A stretch of 63,057 nucleotides of DNA, counting the filler, from Ferroacidibacillus organovorans (GTDB lineage: Bacteria > Bacillota > Bacilli > Alicyclobacillales > SLC66): the NCBI RefSeq assembly GCF_001642725.1. It is 3 parts of 3 records of this genome, joined end to end, with 100 filler letters (N's around TTAATTAATTAA, not from the genome) between each part and the next. Parts side by side here need not be neighbours in the genome. Positions count along the whole stretch, not along the records: positions 1 to 25,739 come from NZ_LSUQ01000036.1; positions 25,840 to 51,135 come from NZ_LSUQ01000037.1; 1 more part is not named here. One strand, written 5' to 3'. Positions 20,400 through 30,738 of the stretch are shown piece after piece (positions within the stretch are counted from its first letter, which is position 1; every line of letters begins with the position of its first letter). A program made the position numbers and the translations under genes. The notes under the pieces were generated by a model. It worked only from the letters and a program-made list of their open reading frames with translations. It did no database searches and was not told where the DNA came from.

Positions 20400-21434
20400 A
20401 TGAATCTAGCTCAATTCCCTCGTCGTCGCTATACCGCCGGCCCTACACCCATCGAACACCTTCCGCGGTTATCGCAGGTACTCGATGGTCCACAGCTCTT
20501 TATGAAGCGCGACGACCTCCTCGGTCTCGCATCGGGTGGAAACAAGACCCGAAAATTAGAATTTCTCATCGCGGACGCGCTCAAGGAAGGCAGCGATACG
20601 GTCATCACCTGCGGAGCCGTACAGTCTAACCATTGTCGTTTGACGCTCGCTGCAGCCGTAAAGGAAGGCATGAAGTGTCACCTTGTTTTAGAAGAACGCG
20701 TCCCAAACAGTTACAATCCGCAAAACAGCGGGAATAACTTCCTTTATCATTTGCTCGGTGTGGAAGGAATCCGAGTTGTACCAGGCGGTTCAGACATGAT
20801 GCTCGAGATGCAACAGGTCGCGGAAGAACTCATTGCAAAAGGCCGCAAACCGTATATGATTCCCGGCGGTGGATCCAATGAAATTGGTTCACTCGGGTAT
20901 GTTGCCTGTGCGGAAGAAGTGCTCGCTCAAGCCTTCGATCAAGGTCTAAACATCAGCACAGTCGTGTGCGCCAGCGGCAGCGGTGGCACCCATGCAGGCC
21001 TTGTTGTTGGATTCTACGGAAACAGTTCTGGAATTCCTGTCGTAGGCATGAATGTCAGTCGTCCAAAAGATGTACAGGAAACACTCATTCACGACCTCGC
21101 TGTTCGCGTCGGCAACCACATTGGCATGAAAGGCTCGATTCCCCGTGATGCAGTCACCTGCTTTGACGACTATGTAGGACCAGGGTACTCATTACCCACC
21201 GCTGCAATGACATCAGCCGTTAACCTTTTGGCTAAAACGGAAGGCATTCTACTCGATCCGGTCTACACGGGCAAAGCGATGGCCGGCCTCATCGGTCTCA
21301 TCCGAAAGGGGTATTTCAAAAAGAGCGACAACGTGCTGTTTATTCATACGGGCGGCTCTCCGGCACTATACGCGTATACGTCTCTGTTTTTCGAAACAGC
21401 AGATGCGGTAGTAAGCAATTCGTTAAAGATCTAA
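20400..21434 (+). CDS. dcyD: D-cysteine desulfhydrase / cysteate sulfo-lyase family PLP enzyme
   Basis: GGNKTRKLEF, QSNH; DPVYTGK and HTGG rather than the YEGK/HLGG of ACC deaminase. Confidence 0.85.
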   Translation: MNLAQFPRRRYTAGPTPIEHLPRLSQVLDGPQLFMKRDDLLGLASGGNKTRKLEFLIADALKEGSDTVITCGAVQSNHCRLTLAAAVKEGMKCHLVLEERVPNSYNPQNSGNNFLYHLLGVEGIRVVPGGSDMMLEMQQVAEELIAKGRKPYMIPGGGSNEIGSLGYVACAEEVLAQAFDQGLNISTVVCASGSGGTHAGLVVGFYGNSSGIPVVGMNVSRPKDVQETLIHDLAVRVGNHIGMKGSIPRDAVTCFDDYVGPGYSLPTAAMTSAVNLLAKTEGILLDPVYTGKAMAGLIGLIRKGYFKKSDNVLFIHTGGSPALYAYTSLFFETADAVVSNSLKI

Positions 21435-21446
21435 GGGGGCGGCGTT

Positions 21447-22964
21447 ATGCAACCAAATCACTTGAATCGAGCCCTCGGACTGCTTGCGGTCATCGCGTTT
21501 GGGCTCACGAACGAGATTGCAGCTGGACTGTTTTTCGTATCAACCCAGATCCAACAGAGTTCACCGGGCGTCGGCAACCTTGTACCGTTGCTCATGTTGG
21601 TAGGTGGTGTCATTACATTCATCACCGTCGTTGCGTATCGCTATTTCTTTGCCTCAGGTTTAGTCGGCGCAGGTGGAGAATACGTAATTATCTCAAGAGC
21701 ACTCAGCCCTGGAGTCGCATTCGTCGTGACGTTCCTCGCGTGGTTCGGTTTCACTGGTGCGCTCGGGACGCTCGCTTATTCAGCACCAAAATTCCTGTCT
21801 ACAGCGGCATTATCCCTGGGAGCTACGGGAGTAGGTAATTTTTTCGCATCCAATGCAGGTATATTAATTGTAGGACTCATCATTCTGTGGGGTTTCTGGT
21901 TTATTCACGTTCTCGGTGTTCGCCTGGCAGGAACCTTGACCACAATTGCGATGTTCCTTGTCTTTGCTGTTGCACTCGTCATGATTGTCATCGGATTTGC
22001 TACCAGTCAGAGCACTTTTGTGACCGCTTTAACACAACACCTGCACATTTCGGTGGCCTCCATCACCGCCGCATCACCAGTCCACAATGTAAGCTACGGA
22101 GTGGCCTTTGGTTCGGCATTACCTGTTCTTTTCTTCGGCTATCTTGGTCTCTCAACCGCAACGCAGACGGGCGGTGAGGCGAAAAATGCTGTCAAATCAC
22201 TGTCGAAAGCGGTCGTTATCACCGTAACGATGGTTACGGTGATTTATACCCTGTTCGCATGGGCAGTCTACCATGTCGTGCCGTGGCAGATCATCTCCGG
22301 TTTGGCCAAGATGAAAATGTCGTCCTACACAACTTCGTCCGGTTTGTTGCAGTTCCTCATGCCCCCCTGGATGTCTTCACTCCTGAATCTATGTGTTGCG
22401 CTGATTGTTGCCAAAACATTTCTGCCTATTTTTCTTGCACAATCGCGCTGGGTGTACGCTTGGGGAGAAGACGGACTGATACCGGCCGTCTTTGCAAAGA
22501 CACACACCAAGTATAAAACACCTGTATTCGCCCTGACACTCAGTGCCATTTTTGGGTCACTCAGTCTCATCGAATCCATCAATCTCGGTTTCGTATTCGG
22601 CGTTAACATCCGGGTTTTATCCGTCATGCTCGTGTTTTTCTTTATGGGACTCGGGATGATCACTTTCCCACACCACGCACCAGGCCTCTCTTCCGCCAAT
22701 ACATCATCATTAGCAAAAAACCGCTTCATGCAGATTTTCATCGGGGTGTTACTGATGGCTATCTCTGTTTGGTTTTCCATCTCTATCACGCTATCATCAG
22801 TATCAAATCCATTATTCCTGCAACCAGCATTTCAATCTGCGATTGTCATCGTTTTAGGGATTGTCATCTACAGGATTTATCTCGCGCGACTCCGAAAGCA
22901 GGGTTCATCATCAGATGTGTTCATTCGGGAACGTGAACGGTTCACAAAACCGCCAGCACAATAA
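21447..22964 (+). CDS. APC-family amino acid permease
   Basis: Multi-pass hydrophobic protein with AGGEY, GEAKN and SRW...DGLIP...TP motifs. Confidence 0.85.
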   Translation: MQPNHLNRALGLLAVIAFGLTNEIAAGLFFVSTQIQQSSPGVGNLVPLLMLVGGVITFITVVAYRYFFASGLVGAGGEYVIISRALSPGVAFVVTFLAWFGFTGALGTLAYSAPKFLSTAALSLGATGVGNFFASNAGILIVGLIILWGFWFIHVLGVRLAGTLTTIAMFLVFAVALVMIVIGFATSQSTFVTALTQHLHISVASITAASPVHNVSYGVAFGSALPVLFFGYLGLSTATQTGGEAKNAVKSLSKAVVITVTMVTVIYTLFAWAVYHVVPWQIISGLAKMKMSSYTTSSGLLQFLMPPWMSSLLNLCVALIVAKTFLPIFLAQSRWVYAWGEDGLIPAVFAKTHTKYKTPVFALTLSAIFGSLSLIESINLGFVFGVNIRVLSVMLVFFFMGLGMITFPHHAPGLSSANTSSLAKNRFMQIFIGVLLMAISVWFSISITLSSVSNPLFLQPAFQSAIVIVLGIVIYRIYLARLRKQGSSSDVFIRERERFTKPPAQ

Positions 22965-22978
22965 GATCGGGAGGCATC

Positions 22979-23728
22979 ATGATGAAAACACTTGGAGTGA
23001 TCGCTGGGCTCGGTCCACTTGCGGGTGCACACTTCTATCGTCGATTGATTGAGATGTCTCCCGCAGCCATGGATTCAGAACACATCCCAATCATTCTGAT
23101 GGCCGACCCGACGGTACCGAGTCGCATTGAACACCTTTCGGGAACTGGGGAGTCCCCCGTTCCAAAGCTGGTGGAAATTGCGCAGAAATTGGTTCGAGCT
23201 GGTGCGGAACTGATTGCGATACCATCGACTACGACGAGCATCTATCAGGAACAAATCGCGCAACAGATGAGCGTTCCCATGATCTCGTTAATCGAAGAGG
23301 TTACTGCTGCGATTGTGAAGTCGCAGTACAGAAAAATCGGCATCATGGGTACGACACCAACGCGAACCTTCCGAGTTTATGAAGCGTCGTTTCGAAAAGC
23401 GGGACTTGAAGCGGTTTATCCGGATGAAGAAACACAATTGGAAATAACAGAAATCATCTCAGCGGTTAAAGAGGCAAGCGCCCGTCATTCAGCGTTTGAC
23501 GGACGCGTTCATATTGGAATTGAGACGCTGGGTGAACGGGCGATTCAGTTGGCGCAAGGGCCGTGGAGCCGGGACGTTGACGGTATTCTCCTCGCCTGTA
23601 CGGAGTTACCTGTCATCGTTCCTTCCGAAGTCTCCATTTTATCACGCCCCCCTGAAGCACTGTTTCGCTCGACCGACATCCTTGCGGCGGCAATTATTCG
23701 TGATGTTTATCCAAAGGGTGGGGTCTGA
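22979..23728 (+). CDS. Aspartate/glutamate racemase family protein
   Basis: LGVIAGLGPLA, AGAELIAIP and LACTELP motifs. Confidence 0.85.
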   Translation: MMKTLGVIAGLGPLAGAHFYRRLIEMSPAAMDSEHIPIILMADPTVPSRIEHLSGTGESPVPKLVEIAQKLVRAGAELIAIPSTTTSIYQEQIAQQMSVPMISLIEEVTAAIVKSQYRKIGIMGTTPTRTFRVYEASFRKAGLEAVYPDEETQLEITEIISAVKEASARHSAFDGRVHIGIETLGERAIQLAQGPWSRDVDGILLACTELPVIVPSEVSILSRPPEALFRSTDILAAAIIRDVYPKGGV

Positions 23729-23825
23729 TACGGTGGACTTAATGCGGCGGGGACAATCACGCGATAAACAAAAAGTCCCTCTCTCCGCAGAACAATCCTA
23801 CGAATCAAGGGATCTTTTCTAATGC

Positions 23826-24779
23826 TTAGAGATACTGAATGCGCGGGTCAATCAACCCGTATAGTATATCGGAGATCAAGTTACCTATCACTGTGACCAA
23901 CCCGATAAAAACGGTAATCCCCATGATGATCGGATAGTCTCGCGAATTCACCGCATCCCAATACAAGAGACCCATGCCAGGATAGTTAAAAACCTCCTCG
24001 ACGAACAGTGCGCCGCTCAAAAGGATCGGAAGGGATAAGCCAAACAGCGTGATGAGCGGCAATATGGAGTTTCTTAGTGCGTGGACAAAGATGACGCGAA
24101 ACTCACTGGCGCCCTTCATCCGTGCGGTGCGAACATAATCCTGGAGCAGCGCTTCGCGCATGGACGATCGCATGTAGCGCGCCCAACCTGCCACAGACAC
24201 CAAAAACAGCGCAGAGGTTGGGAGAATCAAATGCTTAAGCCAGTCGCCAAAACCTGGGTTAGAAAGTTGCGTGTTGACGATGCCACCGGATGGAAACCAG
24301 TTCAAATCGATGGAGAAAAAGATGACCAAGAGAACCGCGAGCCAAAATGTTGGCATTGAGTAGAAAAAATAATTGATAAACGTCACGATCTGGTCGAACT
24401 TGGTGTTCTCAAAGTAGGCTTGTACGGAGCCCAAAAAGACGGCAAAAACATGCGCGGCGAGAACGGCGAACACGACAATGACGATCGTGTGCGGCAGCGC
24501 CTGTAACAGCAATTGAACGACTGGTTTGTCATACGTGTACGAGTAACCAAAGTTCCCGTGCAACAAATTTCCCATCCAGATCAGATATTGTCCGACAAGT
24601 GGTTTGTTAAGCCCAAGGGACCGCGTCAACTCTGCCGCTCTCAAAGGGGTATAGTGATTCCCCAAGAGGATGCGGACAGGGCTTCCCGGTACAATATGGA
24701 TCAAAACGAAGGACAGAATGGTAACCCCCAGCACCGTGGGGATGGCCTCCAGAATCCGTCGTACCAAAAACTTCATCAT
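23826..24779 (-). CDS. Peptide ABC transporter permease (OppB/DppB type)
   Basis: DYVRTARMKG, HALRN and DPRI motifs; AAGGAGG RBS. Confidence 0.92.
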   Translation of the reverse strand: MMKFLVRRILEAIPTVLGVTILSFVLIHIVPGSPVRILLGNHYTPLRAAELTRSLGLNKPLVGQYLIWMGNLLHGNFGYSYTYDKPVVQLLLQALPHTIVIVVFAVLAAHVFAVFLGSVQAYFENTKFDQIVTFINYFFYSMPTFWLAVLLVIFFSIDLNWFPSGGIVNTQLSNPGFGDWLKHLILPTSALFLVSVAGWARYMRSSMREALLQDYVRTARMKGASEFRVIFVHALRNSILPLITLFGLSLPILLSGALFVEEVFNYPGMGLLYWDAVNSRDYPIIMGITVFIGLVTVIGNLISDILYGLIDPRIQYL

Positions 24780-24839
24780 GCCGCATTTCCTCCTTAGCAT
24801 ACACGGCCATCGCCAACTGCTGCCCCTGTGTGAAGAAGG

Positions 24840-25727
24840 TTAACGTTCGCGTGTTTCGATCGCACTGCGGAGTCCGTCTCCGATCAAGTTGATCGACACT
24901 TGCGCAATAAGAATGCACAGCCCCGGTGGATAAATGAGCCACCATGAATTTTGGAACATATAGTTCATGCCGTCCGAAAGCATTCCACCCCAATTGGGTG
25001 TCGGTGGCGGGAGCCCTAACCCGAGAAAACTGAGCGCGGCCATCGCTAAAATGGCATCTGCAACCTGAAAGGTCGCGGCCACGAGCACCGTGCCTAGAAA
25101 GTTCGGGAATAAATAGCGCGACATGATGCGCCAATTGCCTGTCCCAACGGCGCGCGCAGCCTCGATATACAACTGATTTTTGATCGACAGGCCTTCCGCG
25201 CGAACCAATCGGCTGACGCCAAGCCATGATGTGGACGCCAACACAAAAATCATGATCAGTACGCTCGGCTGAAACACCACATTTAAAAACAAGAGAATAA
25301 AGATCGCCGGAATCGATAAAAGAATATCGACGATTCTCATCATGATCGTATCGACGATGCCACCGATCATTCCGCTGATCATGCCGTACAGCGTGCCAAA
25401 GACCATGGCCACAACGGCGGCGGCAAATCCGACTTCAAGCGACGATTGACCACCCATCATTAATTGTGCGAGCACATTATGCCCCACGCTGTCCGTTCCT
25501 AGCGGGAAGCTCGAAGATGGCGGCGCGTCTGTTGCCAGCAGGTGCGACGTTATGGCGCTACGCCGATAAATCATAGGGCCGACGAATGAAAACAACACCA
25601 AAAGTAAAAGCATGACGACTCCGAGTACCGTCATCCGCGAGCGCCAAAATCGCTGTATAAATTTTGGTCGCTCGTCTTTGAGGTTTTGGATCAATGGTTC
25701 ATCCATGGTCTGCGGTTGCTGAATCAT
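24840..25727 (-). CDS. Peptide ABC transporter permease (OppC/DppC type)
   Basis: PLGTD, YIEAARAVG, LSFLGLG...WG and GDGLR motifs. Confidence 0.92.
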   Translation of the reverse strand: MIQQPQTMDEPLIQNLKDERPKFIQRFWRSRMTVLGVVMLLLLVLFSFVGPMIYRRSAITSHLLATDAPPSSSFPLGTDSVGHNVLAQLMMGGQSSLEVGFAAAVVAMVFGTLYGMISGMIGGIVDTIMMRIVDILLSIPAIFILLFLNVVFQPSVLIMIFVLASTSWLGVSRLVRAEGLSIKNQLYIEAARAVGTGNWRIMSRYLFPNFLGTVLVAATFQVADAILAMAALSFLGLGLPPPTPNWGGMLSDGMNYMFQNSWWLIYPPGLCILIAQVSINLIGDGLRSAIETRER

Positions 25728-25739
25728 GAGGTCTCCTTT

Positions 25740-25839
25740 NNNNNNNNNNNNNNNNNNNNNNNNNNNNNNNNNNNNNNNNNNNNTTAATTAATTAANNNNN
25801 NNNNNNNNNNNNNNNNNNNNNNNNNNNNNNNNNNNNNNN
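25740..25839. other. Artificial contig linker
   Basis: N44-TTAATTAATTAA-N44, a spacer with stops in all frames. Confidence 0.97.
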
Positions 25840-25842
25840 GCA

Positions 25843-26034
25843 TCAGAGTGCGCGTTGAACTTTGCCGCCTTTGAGACAGCGAGTGCAAACACGCATGCGA
25901 CGAACGGTACCGTTCGTATTTACACGCACGGATTGGAGATTCGGTAGCCAGCGTCGTTTCGTGAGAATGTGGGAGTGGCTGACTGCGTTACCCACTTGTG
26001 GGCCTTTGCCGCAAACTTCGCACCTTTTGGCCAT
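25843..26034 (-). CDS. rpmB: 50S ribosomal protein L28
   Basis: [10 protein letters not shown]...GNAVSHS...RRWLPNL. Confidence 0.97.
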   Translation of the reverse strand: MAKRCEVCGKGPQVGNAVSHSHILTKRRWLPNLQSVRVNTNGTVRRMRVCTRCLKGGKVQRAL

Positions 26035-26213
26035 ACCCCAACACCTCCTTTTCTTTTCATGATCGAAGTGTTCAGTAACTTATAGAGAATAGCATAAACG
26101 GATGCAGTGTGCAATCATGTCTGTGTTGTGCGTGGCTTCGTTTTTCTTTGCGATCTTTGCAAATGGTATAGGGTGTTGTACACTGTGGAAAAGCTTGTGA
26201 GCGGAGGGATACG

Positions 26214-26579
26214 ATGGCGACCACGATGACGACGGAGTTTGGCAAGATTACGATTGCAGATGATGTGATAGCGACAGCGGCAGGAATGGCGGCGCTTGAT
26301 TGTTACGGACTCGCCGGTATGGCTCCACGCAGGGCAATGCGGGATGGGATCTCAACGCTTCTCAATCGCGAGAATCCCGGGCGTGGCGTTGATGTTCGCT
26401 CGACGGGTGAAGGGCTCGCAGTTGATCTATCCATTGTCGTCAGTTACGGAACGAGGATTCCCGAAGTGGCGGCTAACCTGCGCGAAAAGGTCAGCTATAC
26501 TTTGCGGGAGATCTTTGGCATTGAAACGGAGCGCATCAACATTAGCGTTCAGGGCGTCAAAGTGCTCGGAGATCGATAA
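26214..26579 (+). CDS. Asp23/Gls24 family protein (YloU-like)
   Basis: GKITIADDVIA...CYGLAGM; position between rpmB and the DAK2 gene. Confidence 0.9.
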   Translation: MATTMTTEFGKITIADDVIATAAGMAALDCYGLAGMAPRRAMRDGISTLLNRENPGRGVDVRSTGEGLAVDLSIVVSYGTRIPEVAANLREKVSYTLREIFGIETERINISVQGVKVLGDR

Positions 26580-26591
26580 GGAGGCTCGTGA

Positions 26592-28277
26592 GTGCTGCAA
26601 CAAGAAGATATGGACGGCGCGCTCTTTCTTCATCTTTTGAAGGCGGGGCACGATGAACTTGAAAAAAGAAAAGATGAAGTCAATGCATTAAATGTTTTTC
26701 CTGTTCCGGATGGCGACACGGGAACAAACATGTTTCTCACGTTGCATTCGGGGCTCGAACACGTCCTTCAATGCGGGGATAAAGATGATCTGCAAAAGCT
26801 GGCGCAAGCGCTTTCTTCAGGACTTCTCATGGGTGCGCGCGGCAATTCCGGGGTGATTCTGTCCCAGTTGTTTCGCGGATTTCAGTCCGTTTTTTTGGGG
26901 CGCGGACGAAGTGATGCACGGCAGCTGGCGCAGGCGCTGACACAGGGTGTGCAGATTGCGTATAAGGCGGTTGCACGGCCAGTGGAAGGCACAATCCTTA
27001 CGGTTGCACGCGAGGCGGCGCTGGGTGCGGAGGCGGCGAGTCGCAAAAAGGATGTGACGCTGCTCCACGTCATGGAGGCAGCCGTCCATCGCGGAGAGCA
27101 GGCGCTTCTCCACACGCCAGATCTCCTGCCGATTTTACGTCAAGCGGGGGTTGTCGATTCTGGTGGTCAGGGACTCCTCTACATCTACAAGGGCTTCTTG
27201 CAGGCGCTGATGAGTGAACCGTTGCTCGATCGCTCGTGGGATGATCTCGGATTTCGCCCGGCGGTCGTAAGGCGGACTGAAGCATTGCCACAGCCTGCTC
27301 TTGAAGAGCTCGCGCACGGAGAAGGAGAATTCGGTTACTGTACGGAATTTCTTATTCGGCGCAGTGATTCAGATCAGAATGTGGAAGAATCGTTGCGCGA
27401 ATCCCTCATGCAACTAGGGGACTCGCTGCTCGTCGTGCAAACGGATGAATGGATTAAGGTGCACGTTCACACGCTTCACCCAGGCACCGCACTTGAGGCG
27501 GGACTCGCGTTTGGGGCGCTAAACGGGATCAAAATTGACAATATGACAGAACAGTATGCGAAACGCGTAGGTACACAGCGCGACATGGTATTGGGGCAGG
27601 CAAGCGCATCGCCACTACGCGCGAAACTCGCGCTCGCTGCAGTCGTAACAGGTGACGGAATCGAAGCGTTGTATCGTGGAATCGGAGTTCAGGCCATTGT
27701 ACAAGGTGGTTCGACGATGAATCCTTCGACAGAAGAATTGCTGACCGCCATAAAGCGCATCCATGCTGATCAGATCATCCTTTTGCCAAATCATAAAAAT
27801 GTGATCATGGCGGCTGAACAAGCGTGTGCTGTCATGGCAGGCAAGGTGCATGTCATTCCTGCGCTAAACATGGGGAGTGGATTGGGGGCGGCACTCGCGT
27901 TTGACGCAGAGAGACCGCTTTCCGAGAACATCGAGCGCATGACAGAGGCGGCGCAGCGCGTACAATTTGTTGCGATCACCGCATCCGTTCGCGACGCGAG
28001 TTATCAGGGTCACGCGATTGAGGAAGGCGATTACTTGGCGCTGTACGAAGGGGAAATAGCAGGAGCGAATCCTTCGCGCAGCACGCTTTATCGGGAGGTG
28101 TTGACCACCTTGTGTGAACGTAGCGTCGAGATCTGCACCGTATTTTATGCAGATGAATCGCTGCGCGAGGAAGCGTTATGCGAAGCGGATGCACTTGCGC
28201 AAGACTATCCGGAAGTAACCTTTGAAGTGCACTGCGGTGGGCAGCCGATCTACGATTACCTCATCGCGGCAGAGTGA
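26592..28277 (+). CDS. fakA: DAK2-domain fatty acid kinase subunit (YloV/FakA)
   Basis: LNVFPVPDGDTGTNM, GARGNSGVILSQ and GGQPIY motifs. Confidence 0.9.
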   Translation: MLQQEDMDGALFLHLLKAGHDELEKRKDEVNALNVFPVPDGDTGTNMFLTLHSGLEHVLQCGDKDDLQKLAQALSSGLLMGARGNSGVILSQLFRGFQSVFLGRGRSDARQLAQALTQGVQIAYKAVARPVEGTILTVAREAALGAEAASRKKDVTLLHVMEAAVHRGEQALLHTPDLLPILRQAGVVDSGGQGLLYIYKGFLQALMSEPLLDRSWDDLGFRPAVVRRTEALPQPALEELAHGEGEFGYCTEFLIRRSDSDQNVEESLRESLMQLGDSLLVVQTDEWIKVHVHTLHPGTALEAGLAFGALNGIKIDNMTEQYAKRVGTQRDMVLGQASASPLRAKLALAAVVTGDGIEALYRGIGVQAIVQGGSTMNPSTEELLTAIKRIHADQIILLPNHKNVIMAAEQACAVMAGKVHVIPALNMGSGLGAALAFDAERPLSENIERMTEAAQRVQFVAITASVRDASYQGHAIEEGDYLALYEGEIAGANPSRSTLYREVLTTLCERSVEICTVFYADESLREEALCEADALAQDYPEVTFEVHCGGQPIYDYLIAAE

Positions 28278-28287
28278 GGGATGCCGT

Positions 28288-30333
28288 GTGGATAAAACGC
28301 CTTGGCAGTCGCAACCCCTAACGATGATTCCGGGGGTGGGACCGGCGCGAAGAGCGGCGCTTCACCATCTCGGAATCGATTGTGTGGCTGACCTTCTTCA
28401 CTATTTTCCATTTCGCTACGATGAAGATACAAAAGAACACGAGTTTTCGGCCGAGACAGGTACCGTGGTTGTAGTCGCCTCTGTGGCAGGAGAGGCACGC
28501 GTGCGTTTCGTGCGAGGTAAGTCGCTGCTATCCCTGCCTGTTGTTATTCACGATACGCCAATGCAGGCGATTTTTTTCAATCAATCGTATCTGCGAAATC
28601 AATTTTCTGTCGGAATGACCCTGCGCTTATACGGACGCTACGACGCGACACATAAAACGCTTACGGTTACGCGCCACGAGCGACCTTCAAAACACGGCGC
28701 CTTGCGCTCCATGACACCCGTTTATGCAGTGTCATCCTCAATCTCCGTCATCACACTGAGACAAATCATGAACGCGGCGCTGCGCCGCGTTGAACCGCAA
28801 CTGCGCGATGCTTTGCCGGGAGAACTCGTCGCGCGATTTCGACTGCCATCTTATTGCGCAGCGCTGCGTATGATTCACTTCCCGGATACGCTCGAAGATG
28901 TTCATCAGGCGCGACGTCGCCTTGTTTTTGAGGAGTTTTTACGCTATCAGTTCCATCTTCAGCTTTTACGTGAAACGGCCGCAAGCGAGCGTGCCGCTCC
29001 GCTTGACCCTGTTCGTTTTTATGAAGGGAGCGAATCCTTTGTTCGCGCTCTGCCGTTCCAGTTGACGGACGGGCAGCGTTCTGCACTCGCGGCGTTATCC
29101 GAAGAACTCATCGGAACGGTTCCCATGAGACGGTTGTTGCAGGGGGACGTCGGATCAGGAAAAACAGCTGTCGCCTTTGCGCTCGCGGCAGGTCTTGCGC
29201 ACACAGGCCAGCAAACGGTGTTGATGGCGCCGACGGCCATTCTCGCAGAGCAGCATTATCGCGATGCGGTGCGCATGCTAAAACCCCTTGGTGTCACGGT
29301 TGCGTTAAAGACATCCGAGTCGTCAGAGTCGACCGTCAGCGTAAACCCTTTGAAGCGAGGCGAATGCACGGAGGATTTGATCATCGGGACGCACACCCTT
29401 GCCAGCCCAACGCTATCCTATCGTCGTCTGCGCCTTGCCGTGATTGATGAACAGCATCGGTTTGGCGTTGGAATTCGCCGCGCCCTGCGCGAGAAGGGGG
29501 AGGGGACGAGCGTTCTTCACTTGTCGGCGACGCCAATTCCGCGCAGCCTCGCCCTCACGCTCTATGGCGATCTCGCTGTAACGACGCTTCGCGAGCGCCC
29601 TAAAGACCGCTTGCCGATCAAGACAATGCATGTTTCAACACGTGATCAGACGCCTGTTTTTCGACTCCTGCGAACCGAGTTGATGAAGGGGCATCAGGCA
29701 TACATCGTGGCACCGCGCATTCGTCCTGACGATGTGGATGAAGAGATGAAGAGTGCGGAAGAACTCTACGAGGTAATGGTCACAGAACTTGGCGCCGCGC
29801 GCATCGCGCTTGTTCATGGGCAGATGAATGACAAAGATCGGCAACAAGTGATGCGTGAATTTGTGGCAGGACATACCCAGGTTCTCGTTGCGACATCGAT
29901 GATCGAAGTGGGTGTCAGCGTTTTGAATGCGACCGTGATGATCGTATACGGCGCCGAGCGCTTTGGACTCGCCACACTGCACCAATTGCGCGGACGCGTG
30001 GGCCGATCGATCTATCCGTCTTACTGCATGCTTGTCACAGATCCAGTCGGCAACAAGGCATTGGAGAGAATCGATGCGCTTCTGTCTTCGCAAGACGGAT
30101 TCGCATTGGCGGAACGCGATCTGTCGCTGCGCGGTCCAGGGGAATTGCTTGGCGCGAGGCAATCAGGTCTCCCCACGTTCTCAATCGGTGATCCACTGGC
30201 TGATTTGCGCATCATGGAAGCCGCGCGCGACACCGCAGAATCGGCCCTTCGCGACCGCTCGTTTTGGCTGCTCCCAAGTTATCAAGATCTGCGCGAGTCT
30301 GTGCTTCGCGATCTTTTGCAGAAGATGGAGTAA
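28288..30333 (+). CDS. recG: ATP-dependent DNA helicase RecG
   Basis: LQGDVGSGKT, DEQHRFG, SATPIPR, LHQLRGRVGR and RGPGE motifs. Confidence 0.96.
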   Translation: MDKTPWQSQPLTMIPGVGPARRAALHHLGIDCVADLLHYFPFRYDEDTKEHEFSAETGTVVVVASVAGEARVRFVRGKSLLSLPVVIHDTPMQAIFFNQSYLRNQFSVGMTLRLYGRYDATHKTLTVTRHERPSKHGALRSMTPVYAVSSSISVITLRQIMNAALRRVEPQLRDALPGELVARFRLPSYCAALRMIHFPDTLEDVHQARRRLVFEEFLRYQFHLQLLRETAASERAAPLDPVRFYEGSESFVRALPFQLTDGQRSALAALSEELIGTVPMRRLLQGDVGSGKTAVAFALAAGLAHTGQQTVLMAPTAILAEQHYRDAVRMLKPLGVTVALKTSESSESTVSVNPLKRGECTEDLIIGTHTLASPTLSYRRLRLAVIDEQHRFGVGIRRALREKGEGTSVLHLSATPIPRSLALTLYGDLAVTTLRERPKDRLPIKTMHVSTRDQTPVFRLLRTELMKGHQAYIVAPRIRPDDVDEEMKSAEELYEVMVTELGAARIALVHGQMNDKDRQQVMREFVAGHTQVLVATSMIEVGVSVLNATVMIVYGAERFGLATLHQLRGRVGRSIYPSYCMLVTDPVGNKALERIDALLSSQDGFALAERDLSLRGPGELLGARQSGLPTFSIGDPLADLRIMEAARDTAESALRDRSFWLLPSYQDLRESVLRDLLQKME

Positions 30334-30348
30334 AGAGGAGCGAGGAAT

Positions 30349-30377
30349 GTATGAAATGGGAGGGGGCGGACATCCTA
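30349..30377 (+). promoter_or_regulatory. Candidate sigma-G promoter for the SASP gene
   Basis: GTATG-17-CATCCTA. Confidence 0.55.
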
Positions 30378-30397
30378 GCGCGTAGGAGGCGATGAAC

Positions 30398-30616
30398 ATG
30401 GCAGCAGGACAACATTCAAACACGTACGTCGCGAAAGGCGTGAATCGCGCAATGGAGCAATTCAAGTATGAAGTTGCGCAAGAACTCGGCATTCAAACGC
30501 CTGCCGACGGTTATTGGGGCACGATGTTGACGCGCGATACGGGGGCAATCGGAGGACATATGACACGAAAACTCGTCGCGCTTGCAGAGCAGCAGCTTGC
30601 AGGAAAACCGTTTTAA
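30398..30616 (+). CDS. Alpha/beta-type small acid-soluble spore protein
   Basis: KYEVAQELG and GAIGGHMTRKLVALAEQQL motifs; AGGAGG RBS. Confidence 0.93.
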   Translation: MAAGQHSNTYVAKGVNRAMEQFKYEVAQELGIQTPADGYWGTMLTRDTGAIGGHMTRKLVALAEQQLAGKPF

Positions 30617-30660
30617 TGTCGTTTTTTCTCAATCTCTTTTGAACTGATCAAAGAAACAAT

Positions 30661-30688
30661 GAGGGGCGCTTAAAGCCCCTCTTTTTTT
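30661..30688 (+). terminator. Intrinsic terminator
   Basis: GAGGGGC-N7-GCCCCTC-T7. Confidence 0.8.
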
Positions 30689-30738
30689 GTGCTATAGTAA
30701 TGAACGTTCTGATCTTTTTTTGCACCCATCCATAGGCG

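Noticed and set aside
20400..21434. ACC deaminase assignment
   Set aside because: It lacks the diagnostic Glu and Leu; it has YTGK and HTGG.
23826..25727. Peptide permease order C before B
   Set aside because: A minor variant, and the rest of the operon is cut off by the contig edge.
25740..25839. TTAATTAATTAA palindrome within N runs (also at 51136-51235)
   Set aside because: Assembly spacer, not biological; linkage between the three segments cannot be inferred.
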